Source: a virus (taxonomy: Duplodnaviria; Caudoviricetes). From it: DNA of 55,168 bases. The notes below the pieces were generated by a model. That model worked only from the letters and a program-made list of their open reading frames with translations, was not told the origin of the DNA and ran no database searches. Made by a program: the position numbers and the translations under genes. The DNA lies in the IMG/VR virus record IMGVR_UViG_3300020171_000035, positions 1-55,168 of that record, one strand, 5' to 3'. Each line of letters starts with the position of its first letter. The stretch's first letter is position 1. Positions 30,322-39,681 of this stretch are shown here, piece by piece.

Positions 30322-30815
30322 ATCTCTACCTCCCTATGTGGACATATGCCTGGATTTTCTTGATTGAATTGGCGACCACAATTACAATTAAAACATAATA
30401 TCTGATAGCCCTCCGGATACGCGTGTCGAGCTAGCCAATAACCTATATTATCATTTCCATGATCTTTTCTCCATTTAAATCCATCATTATTAATATGATC
30501 AATTGTAAGAAATTTAATATTGGTTTCCCCACAACATGCGCATTTTCCACCGTAATGTTCAAGCGCTAATAATCTAAATTTCCGCCTAATCTTAATGCCG
30601 TATGCCCTACACTCCCCACAATATCCTCCACTCACGGAGGGTTTCCTGAAGCAGCGGGTACATAGCCCAACAGATCTAGCCTTTAAGGTCTTTTCCTTCT
30701 CCCTCTTCCTAATCCTTGGCTTATTTTTATAATAATAATCTCGGTTTATTTTATCAATTTTCTCTTTATGTTTGATATAATGCTTAGCTGCATTTTCTTT
30801 CTTATGTACTGGCAT
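30315..30815 (-). CDS. HNH endonuclease
   Basis: HYGGKCACCG..LTIDHINNDG..YQILCFNCN; paralog of 939..1379. Confidence 0.8.
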   Translation of the reverse strand: MPVHKKENAAKHYIKHKEKIDKINRDYYYKNKPRIRKREKEKTLKARSVGLCTRCFRKPSVSGGYCGECRAYGIKIRRKFRLLALEHYGGKCACCGETNIKFLTIDHINNDGFKWRKDHGNDNIGYWLARHAYPEGYQILCFNCNCGRQFNQENPGICPHREVEIS

Positions 30816-30925
30816 TTATTTCCCCTTCCCTATGGAAGATAAGTACCACTGAAGTGCCAGCCTTCTGGCTAGATATTTAATTCTGAAATTTAACCCAACC
30901 CGCTTGACATCGAGCCACCTTAACC

Positions 30926-31117
30926 TCATGCCCTTCCCTCCGGTGCAATGAATTTCATAAGATCTCTTACATTCGTGAGTGCTTCCGTAAAATACCTAGC
31001 CGACATTTTGGGGTGACTAATCCAATGTTTAAGTCCACGCTGGATTAGCATACCGATAACTTCTAATTTGTTGAGTATTTTTTCGTCTCTCTCTAGCATT
31101 ATACTCACCCATATCAT
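30926..31117 (-). CDS. Hypothetical protein
   Basis: ATGA overlap with the upstream protease gene. Confidence 0.45.
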   Translation of the reverse strand: MIWVSIMLERDEKILNKLEVIGMLIQRGLKHWISHPKMSARYFTEALTNVRDLMKFIAPEGRA

Positions 31118-32043
31118 TCATTAGCGCTACCATACCCACGCAAGAAATGCACTACGAAGTCGAGCCTTGTCGCGTATGAAAACTGCTCCCCAGTCATACC
31201 ACATTTGGCTATAGCTCTCGCCACCCCAATGATGAGCGGCTTACCCTTTAGCCACACCACAACCGGCGAGCCGGAATCACCGGGGTATATCGTGAGATCC
31301 ACGGTGAAGTCCATAGGTTGAAACCACGTTAGTGCTGAAACATCTATGACCCCGGGAAGTTTAACACCGGTAGATACAATTTTTCCTACCCTGATTTCAT
31401 ACCATGAAGTTTTATTACCATTCTCATCTCTTTTCCGCACAATAACACCAACGGCATCTCCGTCCGACAACACATCGGGTGATTCTATAACATAGGGTCC
31501 ATCTATTTCCTGCCACCAAGAAAACATAAGTGAGATATCTGTATCCCGAAAGGGTGAGTTTTTATCTATAAACAGAACGGCAATGTCACTTCCGGGATCG
31601 GTATATAGTATGTTTCCCTCGACCGCCGAGGTGCAACCTATTATAAAAATGCTCCTGCTCTTTATACGTATAATTTTTGTGTCCCAACTGGCATTCTTAG
31701 AGATCGGAATTGTAACCCTTGATGGTGATATCACGTGGTCGTTGGTGATAATGAACTTGTGAAACGGAAGATCCTTGACGAATCCGCTCCCCTCCATACC
31801 AAATACGCCCCCCCTTATCTCGTACCGAAAAGGAGAAACTTTCGTATTGAGTATTACTCCATAACCGGTCCCCAGAGTCCTAACCGTTACAACCCGATCG
31901 CTCAGGTCTATATATTCCTGCGTAAATTCATCCGGTAACGTGGCCTTCTTGTCGAATGCTGATACATGAAATGTAAGGCACCCAATAAATAATATTGAGA
32001 ATATAGCAATAAAAACAAATAGTTTGGGTTTATTTAATTTCAT
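31114..32043 (-). CDS. Trypsin-like serine protease with N-terminal signal or TM segment
   Basis: TNDHV (His), SDIAVL (Asp), PGDSGSP (Ser). Confidence 0.85.
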   Translation of the reverse strand: MKLNKPKLFVFIAIFSILFIGCLTFHVSAFDKKATLPDEFTQEYIDLSDRVVTVRTLGTGYGVILNTKVSPFRYEIRGGVFGMEGSGFVKDLPFHKFIITNDHVISPSRVTIPISKNASWDTKIIRIKSRSIFIIGCTSAVEGNILYTDPGSDIAVLFIDKNSPFRDTDISLMFSWWQEIDGPYVIESPDVLSDGDAVGVIVRKRDENGNKTSWYEIRVGKIVSTGVKLPGVIDVSALTWFQPMDFTVDLTIYPGDSGSPVVVWLKGKPLIIGVARAIAKCGMTGEQFSYATRLDFVVHFLRGYGSANE

Positions 32044-32044
32044 G

Positions 32045-32245
32045 TTACACTCCCTTCATACTCCTTTTAGATTTCTTTATCGGATTCAATTTCACGTCAG
32101 GCTTGATGATTTTCTCTAAATGTGTAGCCCTTGGACAGTTCCCTCTGCGCCAAAGTGCTGACGGAATGGGGTAACTTTTGCACGTACCCCCATCTTCGAC
32201 TTCCTTACATCCAAGGCATTTGTCTATAATGGGTAGTTTATTCAT
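32045..32245 (-). CDS. PxxKW-family-like cysteine-rich protein
   Basis: PIIDKCLGC..C.SYP.P.A.W..GNC..ATH..KLNPIK.SKR. Confidence 0.7.
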   Translation of the reverse strand: MNKLPIIDKCLGCKEVEDGGTCKSYPIPSALWRRGNCPRATHLEKIIKPDVKLNPIKKSKRSMKGV

Positions 32246-32253
32246 ATGATCTA

Positions 32254-32282
32254 ATGATACCTGACGAAACTGAATCTGTCAA
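32254..32282 (-). promoter_or_regulatory. sigma70 promoter of the leftward operon
   Basis: TTGACA-N17-TATCAT. Confidence 0.6.
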
Positions 32283-32296
32283 GTCGAAAATTTTAC

Positions 32297-32324
32297 TTGA
32301 CAATTCCCCGTGGTCTGTTAAAGT
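32297..32324 (+). promoter_or_regulatory. sigma70 promoter of the rightward operon (divergent pair)
   Basis: TTGACA-N16-TAAAGT with TG extension. Confidence 0.55.
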
Positions 32325-32354
32325 AAGTTGTGTCATGAAAAGCCGGAGGACATC

Positions 32355-32729
32355 ATGAAAAAATGTGACATTTGTGGAGAGGAAGGAGTTATATATACTT
32401 CTGGATATAACTACTGTCCCATATGTTGCCGTAAGAATATCGATAGGGTAGCAATTCATAATGAGATCTGCAACGCCTTTCCATCCCTAACCTTAACCCG
32501 AGTCAAAGATTTATGTAGAGAAATGTTTGAAGATGATGACCACGGCTATTCAAAATTCCCCAATCTTTACAAGATTCTTGATCGTGGAGGGTGGAACGGG
32601 AAGCGTGGAAGGTTTAATATCCCAACTCATATCTATTTAGTACGTGTTTTTGACCAATTTATCAAGGTACAACATCCTAAATTAGCCGAGAGGGTAAAAG
32701 ATGATAGGCGAATCCCCGAGTATTGGTAA
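32355..32729 (+). CDS. Hypothetical protein with N-terminal zinc ribbon
   Basis: RBS GGAGG; CDIC...CPIC. Confidence 0.55.
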   Translation: MKKCDICGEEGVIYTSGYNYCPICCRKNIDRVAIHNEICNAFPSLTLTRVKDLCREMFEDDDHGYSKFPNLYKILDRGGWNGKRGRFNIPTHIYLVRVFDQFIKVQHPKLAERVKDDRRIPEYW

Positions 32730-33771
32730 TCCGTTTTTTGAGATCTGCCAGGATATGTCTGCGCAACCTAACGGAATTTGTTCTCATTATATCAAAAATG
32801 GATTTTGCTCACTACCGAGTCATTTTCGGTGCGCAGAATATGTTGTGAGAAATGAGCCCAAGCTATCATATTCAGCCATTGACACATATTCGTCATGTCA
32901 CCGTAAGTTCTATTGGTCCCAAATGATAGGTCTTGAATTGATTGAGAAGTCATGGGCGATGAAACTTGGATCGTGCGCCTCTGTAATTCTTGGATGGCTC
33001 CACGATGAAAGAATTCCCATTGATCAGGCAGTACAGAAATATCGTGACTACATCGAGGACTTAATTAAACAGACCATGGACCCTGAAAATCCAGACCTTA
33101 CCTATGGTCATGTAGACGCATGGAAAATGAAGGCAATATTTGATGCCTATATCAAACTTGATCTGCATACAATTAGGGGAATCACCGAGTGTCAGTTCCG
33201 GTGGTCGGAACCGGACTTCCCCAAGGTGCACGGATATATTGATCTTGTTAAACTTTTGACATATGATAATCACATAGGATATGAATTTAAATACACAGCC
33301 GACGCAGACAATTATACGAAACTTACAGAAGGGGACCAACTCATAACCTATTTTATAGGAGATCCGGCCATTGAGCGTATGACGCTTCGATGTCTTGTCA
33401 AACCATCACTACGTCAAAAGCAGGCCACGAAGAAGGCGGTTGGAGAATCCATGATCGACCTATATGAACGAATGTATCAGGACATATTAGGCAGAAATAT
33501 TCACCATTATTTTATCGATCGAAGTTTTTGGAGATCTGAGTTTGATCTTGAAGCATACAAGGCTAAGGCCAAAACTATAGCCAAAGAAATTGTATCCTAT
33601 CTTGAGGGTGGCGGAATAGAACGTTTCTATCAGAATAAAAAAGCATGTTTCCACCCATTTACGTGTGATTTCGTACGTGTGTGTGAAAATGAAATTATGG
33701 AACCGTGGAATATGTGTGACCGCTACCAAAAACGGGAGATGGGTAGAAAAGAAAGTGCGAGCCTTAAATAA
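32701..33771 (+). CDS. PD-(D/E)XK Cas4/RecB-like exonuclease
   Basis: LSYS..C.RK.Y, HGYIDLV, YEFK, C-terminal C..C..C cluster. Confidence 0.8.
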   Translation: MIGESPSIGNPFFEICQDMSAQPNGICSHYIKNGFCSLPSHFRCAEYVVRNEPKLSYSAIDTYSSCHRKFYWSQMIGLELIEKSWAMKLGSCASVILGWLHDERIPIDQAVQKYRDYIEDLIKQTMDPENPDLTYGHVDAWKMKAIFDAYIKLDLHTIRGITECQFRWSEPDFPKVHGYIDLVKLLTYDNHIGYEFKYTADADNYTKLTEGDQLITYFIGDPAIERMTLRCLVKPSLRQKQATKKAVGESMIDLYERMYQDILGRNIHHYFIDRSFWRSEFDLEAYKAKAKTIAKEIVSYLEGGGIERFYQNKKACFHPFTCDFVRVCENEIMEPWNMCDRYQKREMGRKESASLK

Positions 33772-33783
33772 TAAGGAGGAAAA

Positions 33784-34626
33784 ATGCCAAAGTTTTTGGG
33801 TAAATTGTCAGAAACCGATAAGGCTGGGATTTGTTTATTGGCGTATGGCCCTACATCTGCTGGTAAAACGGCTAGCTTTATAACTGGAATACCAAAGATT
33901 TTATGTATAAATAAAGAAAGCAAAGATCCACGCCTGGTTCATTCAACACTTAAATCAGATTATAGCGATATAGTTGATTATGTGGAATTCGATGACTTTT
34001 GGGACGAGATGGAATATCTTAATAACCTTATCTTGAAGTACGAAAAGGGAGAACGACCGTACCAGACAATTGCTCACGATGGGCTTACCTTTTCTATGCA
34101 CAGTTATAAACGGACGGTTGAGGATGCCAGATTTATCGCAAACAGTCTATTGAAAAAGGAAACCGAAAAGATTGGGTTGCACAATATTTTAGATTTGGGC
34201 AAAAAGGAATGGGCCGACTGGAATACATTGGCCGGACTCATGGCAAGGGAAACAGTCCTCTTAAATAAATTATCTAAGTTCGGAATCTTAGTCGTAAGCA
34301 CGGCGATTTCAATGGAATATCCACGATACAATAAAGCGGTGAGTATAGCTCCGGCACTCTTGGGAAAAGAGTTTCCACAATTGATACATGGCCTATTTGA
34401 CTCGATCGGTTATGTTTGCCAGCCATTCCACATTAATGAGAAGCGTGAAATTATTGTACCCAAGATTTCGTTTGTAAATACAAGTAGTGAGAGCGATTTT
34501 GGTCAGGCAAATACCTATCTCTGTAGGGCCAATGGATTATTGATGGAGGCTGAGATAAAATATGGTCCCCCAAAGTTAGACCTAACGTTACTTGCAAAAA
34601 TTATTCGTGGAGAGTTTAAGGTTTAA
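33784..34626 (+). CDS. Sak4-like (AAA_24) ATPase / ssDNA annealing protein
   Basis: YGPTSAGKT Walker A, TIAHDGLT Walker B; lies between exonuclease and SSB-like genes. Confidence 0.75.
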   Translation: MPKFLGKLSETDKAGICLLAYGPTSAGKTASFITGIPKILCINKESKDPRLVHSTLKSDYSDIVDYVEFDDFWDEMEYLNNLILKYEKGERPYQTIAHDGLTFSMHSYKRTVEDARFIANSLLKKETEKIGLHNILDLGKKEWADWNTLAGLMARETVLLNKLSKFGILVVSTAISMEYPRYNKAVSIAPALLGKEFPQLIHGLFDSIGYVCQPFHINEKREIIVPKISFVNTSSESDFGQANTYLCRANGLLMEAEIKYGPPKLDLTLLAKIIRGEFKV

Positions 34627-34627
34627 C

Positions 34628-34656
34628 TTGACATTTTCCACTTCGGGGTGTAATAT
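34628..34656 (+). promoter_or_regulatory. sigma70 promoter
   Basis: TTGACA-N17-TAATAT in an intergenic gap. Confidence 0.6.
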
Positions 34657-34691
34657 CTTTCTATCACAAATTAAACCAAGGAGGTAGTAAA

Positions 34692-34865
34692 ATGAAACCG
34701 AGAAAGTTAGTGGTGACGATTGAGATGTTAACGGGTATTCCATCAAGGGAATTTTCCAAAACTAACATGCAGGGTATGTTTGACGGATACTTCACGGACA
34801 CGGAAATGGGGGAGGACCTTGAAGTCCATCAAGTTCGTAGCCAGGTAGTTAAGGAAAATAAATAG
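34692..34865 (+). CDS. Hypothetical protein (57 aa, not in the ORF track)
   Basis: RBS AGGAGGT then ATG; MKPRKLVVTIEM...VKENK*. Confidence 0.6.
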   Translation: MKPRKLVVTIEMLTGIPSREFSKTNMQGMFDGYFTDTEMGEDLEVHQVRSQVVKENK

Positions 34866-34875
34866 CGGGGGTCCC

Positions 34876-35322
34876 ATGGGATACGAAAGTTGTGCCAATA
34901 AGTACGGTAGTTACTTTACTCCTAAATTAAAAGACATATTCCGGGAAGCGGGCTGGAGTATACCGTATATTCTTGACCTGGTAGATGAACCGTGCGAGGA
35001 TCGTGAATGCTCACATCATGTTTTTGGTACTGCAAAAGAAATTCGCAATCTTAAATTGCCAAAGGTTGAACCGGTAGATATGCCATGGACCCTTCAGTGT
35101 CGTCGATGCATGTGTTTGCTTAACCTTATTCCTCGCTATTTATCGTCTACGGAAATTGCCGAGGTGTTTGGGGTTACAAGGCAGGCCGTTAACCTGATTG
35201 AACGTAGTGCGATCAAGAAAATCCAAAAAAGACTAAAGCTTATGGATGAACCATTTGCGAAAGGAGGAATCACCGTAAGGGAAAACTTACCGCCCGATGT
35301 GACTATCCCCGCGATAGCCTAA
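34876..35322 (+). CDS. Sigma70 region-4-like HTH regulator
   Basis: LSSTEIAEVFGVTRQAVNLIERSAIKKI preceded by Cys motifs. Confidence 0.75.
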   Translation: MGYESCANKYGSYFTPKLKDIFREAGWSIPYILDLVDEPCEDRECSHHVFGTAKEIRNLKLPKVEPVDMPWTLQCRRCMCLLNLIPRYLSSTEIAEVFGVTRQAVNLIERSAIKKIQKRLKLMDEPFAKGGITVRENLPPDVTIPAIA

Positions 35323-35357
35323 ACATTAACAACTATCAATCAAAAGGAGGTTGTGTT

Positions 35358-35879
35358 ATGGGATTAGTTGATCCGATCTTTGAATTTGGGTTTGATGTTT
35401 TAGACAAGGGTGTTTATGGCTTTGAGGTGAAAGAGACCGGTATTGAGCCACCCAAGCAGGACAAAACATCCGGAAAACGGTATTGGGTTCGCCTGATAGC
35501 CATCGGTGGCAGTCAGGACGGTACCTCCCACATGGAGAGTTTTTTTGAAATTACGAAGGAGGACTTTTCATTCCGGAAAATGGCCGGGCTTCTTTACAAG
35601 CTCGGCGTCATTAAGAGTCTTGGAAAGATAGACACCGCGTTCTTTTTAACTCCCGACTTCGAGCAGAAATGGCTTAGGGGAATCAACGGCAAAAAGATGG
35701 GTGGAAAGATCAAACATCGTTTCGATAAGGACGACAAGGATCATCAGAACCCACGGAGCGACCTCGAAAAGTACATGACTTACGATGAGGCTATGACAAT
35801 TATCAATAAGGGTTCTCCTCCCGTAGTTGGTGCAACATCTGCACCACCTGCTCCGGCAGAAAAGGCTCCTTGGGATTAA
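35358..35879 (+). CDS. Putative ssDNA-binding protein (DUF669-like)
   Basis: FDVLDKGVY.FEV N-terminus, P/A-rich tail ending APWD; next to Sak4. Confidence 0.6.
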   Translation: MGLVDPIFEFGFDVLDKGVYGFEVKETGIEPPKQDKTSGKRYWVRLIAIGGSQDGTSHMESFFEITKEDFSFRKMAGLLYKLGVIKSLGKIDTAFFLTPDFEQKWLRGINGKKMGGKIKHRFDKDDKDHQNPRSDLEKYMTYDEAMTIINKGSPPVVGATSAPPAPAEKAPWD

Positions 35880-35900
35880 TCAGACACATTCATACCTAAG

Positions 35901-35930
35901 ATGGACGGGGAGAAAATCCTCGTCCATTTT
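35901..35930 (+). terminator. Intrinsic terminator
   Basis: ATGGACGGGGA-GAAAA-TCCTCGTCCAT followed by TTT. Confidence 0.6.
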
Positions 35931-35946
35931 CACCATGGTAAACGAT

Positions 35947-36174
35947 ATGGCATGTAATCATAACAAAAAACAACTTATTATTACAATACATCCTAAAAAT
36001 CCTAAGATTACCAGGATTGATACGCAAGAGGTTTCCGAAATATATTACTGCCCATCGTGTAAGAAGGCTCTCCATATTGGACATAACATATACACTTATA
36101 ATGTGTATCCGTGGTATCCTGCACACCTATCTCCAGACGTTCATCTATGTAGAGCTATTCGGCAGGATAATTAA
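35947..36174 (+). CDS. Hypothetical zinc-binding protein
   Basis: MACNH...YCPSC. Confidence 0.45.
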   Translation: MACNHNKKQLIITIHPKNPKITRIDTQEVSEIYYCPSCKKALHIGHNIYTYNVYPWYPAHLSPDVHLCRAIRQDN

Positions 36175-36717
36175 ATGTCTAAAATCTTACCCGTTGGTCA
36201 ACGTTTCAATCGAAAAACAAAGAAGTACGAAGACATCAGCGTAATTGCGCCGAAGTTCGAATTCACGTTTCCGGAGGGGTTTTGTCTGGTAAGGGACACG
36301 AGGGAACAGGGTGGTACAGGTTTATTTATTAAACCGCCAAAGGGTTTAATGATGGTAAGGGATACCCTTAAGGTTGGTGATTATAGTTGTCGTGGTTTTG
36401 AGGATCTGGTTGCTATAGAAAGAAAAACATTATCAGATCTATGGACATCGTTAACGTCTGAATCTGCAAGATTTAAAAGAGAATTGGAGGTTCTGGCAAC
36501 TTATGAAAGGAAGTGGTTACTTATAGAAGCCCTTGAGTCTTCCTTTTTATCATTCCAACTCGATCGAAAAATACATCCCAATAGTATTAGGGGGGCGCTA
36601 GTATCCATTGAAATTAGATTAAATATTCCGGTTTGGCAATCAGAATCAACACAAGACGCGGAACGCTGGGTACTTGATAGATTATTAAAATTTTACAAAT
36701 GGAAAAGGGGTTTATGA
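36175..36717 (+). CDS. ERCC4/XPF-family nuclease (probable resolvase)
   Basis: DTREQ, LKVGDYS, AIERKTLSDL, RFKREL. Confidence 0.88.
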   Translation: MSKILPVGQRFNRKTKKYEDISVIAPKFEFTFPEGFCLVRDTREQGGTGLFIKPPKGLMMVRDTLKVGDYSCRGFEDLVAIERKTLSDLWTSLTSESARFKRELEVLATYERKWLLIEALESSFLSFQLDRKIHPNSIRGALVSIEIRLNIPVWQSESTQDAERWVLDRLLKFYKWKRGL

Positions 36718-37265
36718 TTACACCCATAGAGATAGGATGGGCGGCAGGTTTTATCGAAGGGGAAGGGTGTGTTGGATTTGCTACGGGATTACGCCTTAGT
36801 GCTGCCCAAAAACAATTATTTCCCCTATATAAACTAAAAAATATCTTTGGCGGAAAGGTTCATCCTAACTGTAAAATTTCTACATGGGATATACATGGGG
36901 CTAATGCAGCCCAAGTTATAATGACGATTTTTGCATTAATGTCTCCACGAAGACAAGCATCTATGGGGGCTGCATTGGGAAGGTGGAAATTACAATCGGT
37001 TGCAAATAAGGATAAGCAATGCTGCCCACGTGGACACCGTTATGATAAATTAAAAATGGATGGGAAATCGAAACGTTATTGTAGTATTTGCGAAAGTGAT
37101 CAAAAAAAGATTAGATATAGATTAACACATGTCGGGTATAAGATAAATCATATATGTAAGCGTGGACACCCATTGATCATCGTAGGTAAAACGCATAAAC
37201 GTAATGGGTGTAGAATTTGTCAGGCCATATTAAGGAAGAATCAAAAGGCGAAGAGGGGGCTATAA
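36714..37265 (+). CDS. LAGLIDADG-type homing endonuclease with CxxGH repeats
   Basis: WAAGFIEGEGC, LKNIFGGKV; two C..GH..C..C modules. Confidence 0.75.
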   Translation: MITPIEIGWAAGFIEGEGCVGFATGLRLSAAQKQLFPLYKLKNIFGGKVHPNCKISTWDIHGANAAQVIMTIFALMSPRRQASMGAALGRWKLQSVANKDKQCCPRGHRYDKLKMDGKSKRYCSICESDQKKIRYRLTHVGYKINHICKRGHPLIIVGKTHKRNGCRICQAILRKNQKAKRGL

Positions 37266-37876
37266 TGGATACGCAATTCGTTGGCTTTCCCAAAATTCCA
37301 AGATTGTCTCGGGAAATCGTAATCACGGAAAAAATAGACGGAACTTGTGGGCAGATTTTTTGGGATGAAACTGGTACCTTTATGCTAGTCGGTAGTAAAG
37401 GCCGATGGATCACCACATCGGATGATAACTATGGATTCGCTCGATGGGCTTCCGATAATGTGGAAGAACTTAAAAAATTGGGACCGGGAAGGCACCTCGG
37501 GGAATGGTGGGGTCAGGGCATACAAAGAAATTATGGTCTGAAAGAAAAAAGATTTAGCCTGTTCAATACTACTAGATGGGATCAGAAAATGTTTAATAAG
37601 TTCAAGATTGAGCCATGGGAACGGGGAGACCGTAAAGATCTGAGACCAGAATTTGTAACTCCACCGGATTGCTGCCATGTAGTTCCAGTTCTAACATGGG
37701 GGGAATTTCATTCCGACCTCGTTACGGCAACCATGAAATGCCTCGAAGAACACGGAAGTTATGCCGCCCCAGGCTTTATGAACCCGGAGGGAATTGTTAT
37801 ATGGCACAGCGCAGGAAATTTACTATTTAAAAAAACCATAAAGGATGATCAGAAATATAAAGGTGACACAACATGA
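37265..37876 (+). CDS. RNA ligase (Rnl2-like nucleotidyltransferase)
   Basis: FPKIPRL, TEKIDGT (motif I), GEWWG, FSLFN, EGIV. Confidence 0.85.
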   Translation: MDTQFVGFPKIPRLSREIVITEKIDGTCGQIFWDETGTFMLVGSKGRWITTSDDNYGFARWASDNVEELKKLGPGRHLGEWWGQGIQRNYGLKEKRFSLFNTTRWDQKMFNKFKIEPWERGDRKDLRPEFVTPPDCCHVVPVLTWGEFHSDLVTATMKCLEEHGSYAAPGFMNPEGIVIWHSAGNLLFKKTIKDDQKYKGDTT

Positions 37877-38079
37877 TCTTATACAAGGTCCAGAAACGTT
37901 TTGAGATTGCAGTCACTGGTAACCCAGAAAATACAGTTGATATGGCCTCCCTAGTCATGAAAAAAACATTACGTGACAGCGTTGATCTGCGAAAGGGAGA
38001 CCTGCTTAAAATAGATATCAGAATTTTAGTAGACGCGGAGCGTGATGACAACGATCGGTTTGTACAAAAGACTATATAG
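37873..38079 (+). CDS. Hypothetical protein
   Basis: ATGA coupling. Confidence 0.45.
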   Translation: MILYKVQKRFEIAVTGNPENTVDMASLVMKKTLRDSVDLRKGDLLKIDIRILVDAERDDNDRFVQKTI

Positions 38080-38815
38080 AATCGCCGCAGAAAAGAAACT
38101 CTGGCTAAGGGTGTTAGGCGAAGTTGGCTGTTACCCAATTTGGTACATTCGTAACCAAGATGGGAACACTAATCATCCTAGGCTCCTAATCGTATCCGGA
38201 TTTCACGGAGAGGAACGGGCTGGTCCGATTGCGCTTATTCAATGGCTTGAAGCCTTCGACCCTAATCTATACAAGAAGGTTCATCTATCTTTTATACCTA
38301 TCATTAATCCTGTGGGATTTAATAAGAACCAACGCTATAACGATGAGAAAGAAAGAACTAACTGCGGGTTCTGCCATCCGGAGTCCGGAGACAGGCCCTC
38401 ACAAGAAGGTCTTATTCTTCTAAAGAATTCCCAACTCTTAAAAAATTCATCGAAGCACGGATTCCTATCGTTGCATGAAGATATATCATCTGAAAAGTTT
38501 TATCTGTATACGTTTGAAAGGGAGACCGAGTATACTGCATTCACTCGCGAGCTTCGAGATACGCTTGGCTCTTTTTTTAAAGACCCATTACACGGAGAAA
38601 TGGTAACCACTGACGCCCACGGGGGGGATGGTGTCTTGGTTGAAAACGGTATCGTGTATAAATTATGCGACGGATCATTTGAGGACTGGTTATTCCACGA
38701 GGGTACCATAAAGGCGGCGACAACTGAGACTCCTGGTACGTACCCACTAAAAATTAGGGTCAACGCAAATGTGGCGCTGATCACAAAGTTTATTGAATTA
38801 CTTGGGGGTATATAA
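38045..38815 (+). CDS. M14-family zinc carboxypeptidase / succinylglutamate desuccinylase-like protein
   Basis: SGFHGEERAG, PIINPVGF..NQR, LSLHED, TTETP. Confidence 0.85.
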   Translation: MTTIGLYKRLYRIAAEKKLWLRVLGEVGCYPIWYIRNQDGNTNHPRLLIVSGFHGEERAGPIALIQWLEAFDPNLYKKVHLSFIPIINPVGFNKNQRYNDEKERTNCGFCHPESGDRPSQEGLILLKNSQLLKNSSKHGFLSLHEDISSEKFYLYTFERETEYTAFTRELRDTLGSFFKDPLHGEMVTTDAHGGDGVLVENGIVYKLCDGSFEDWLFHEGTIKAATTETPGTYPLKIRVNANVALITKFIELLGGI

Positions 38816-39006
38816 TGGTTTGCCCTAAATGCAATTCCAAACTGTGGAAACTTTACAAAGGATTCGACGGTCTCGTATGGCACGAATGCACGGAATGCCG
38901 TTATGCGCAAGTTGCCAGAGGTAAGCAATGGATGGAGGCGGTACTGCTTCTTGTTATCCTGTTCGGAATTTCAGCCGCATGGATTTACATTAGAAGGGTA
39001 TTATGA
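38815..39006 (+). CDS. Zinc-ribbon protein with C-terminal TM helix
   Basis: CPKC..CTEC plus hydrophobic tail. Confidence 0.55.
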   Translation: MVCPKCNSKLWKLYKGFDGLVWHECTECRYAQVARGKQWMEAVLLLVILFGISAAWIYIRRVL

Positions 39007-39194
39007 GGAGAGAGCCCGTACACCCACAATGCAATGGATGCCACCAGGTGATGTTAAGCTTGGATCATCCAATGCATGAAGTGTGTCGCCTGTTTCCGAA
39101 TCCCGACTGGATCTGGGAAAATCGTTATTGTACTGAAAAAACAAGAAGGGGTCATTTCCTTCCGGAGTGGTTCAGGGTGAAACATGAACCGTGA
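39003..39194 (+). CDS. Second PxxKW-like cysteine-rich protein
   Basis: PVHPQCNGC..C..FPNP...W...C. Confidence 0.5.
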   Translation: MRREPVHPQCNGCHQVMLSLDHPMHEVCRLFPNPDWIWENRYCTEKTRRGHFLPEWFRVKHEP

Positions 39195-39681
39195 AAAAAT
39201 AGAAGGGGTGGCTAGCGTCTTCGGAATAGACCCCCAATGGGCTATAAATGTGAGGTTACGATTTCTTCGTGGAGAGATTAAATGCATGGGCAGCCGCCTC
39301 GGAGAATTGAGTCGAATGGTACTCGGGGAATTAGATTGGGTCCACCTTCAGTTACTGGGTAGCGTTATTAAAGATGTAGAAAAAAAACAATATGGAATGA
39401 AGTGTCAAATTAATTACCTCAAGCATGATACCCAACCGACATCTGGCATATCCGGACATCATATCGAGAGAGCTAGGGGTTATCCTATCGAAGAACTATT
39501 GGGAGTGGAACCTGGTAAACGTATTCTCTGTCCATTTCACGACGATCACAATCCCTCGGCTTCCATTAAAAAAAATAAGCTCAGGTGTTTCGTTTGCAAT
39601 AAAACATGGAATAGCATTGATTACCTCATGGAACATGATGGTCTATCATTTATAGATGCCGTTAAGAGGCTTTCCGCATAA
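39184..39681 (+). CDS. CHC2 zinc-finger (primase zinc-binding) protein
   Basis: CPFHDDHNPS..RCFVC..IDYLM..GLSFIDAV; no TOPRIM domain. Confidence 0.85.
   Translation: MNREKIEGVASVFGIDPQWAINVRLRFLRGEIKCMGSRLGELSRMVLGELDWVHLQLLGSVIKDVEKKQYGMKCQINYLKHDTQPTSGISGHHIERARGYPIEELLGVEPGKRILCPFHDDHNPSASIKKNKLRCFVCNKTWNSIDYLMEHDGLSFIDAVKRLSA

Noticed and set aside
36714-37265. Group I intron or intein around the LAGLIDADG gene
   Set aside because: Flanking ERCC4 and RNA ligase genes appear complete and overlap it directly, leaving no room for an intron core; no intein termini
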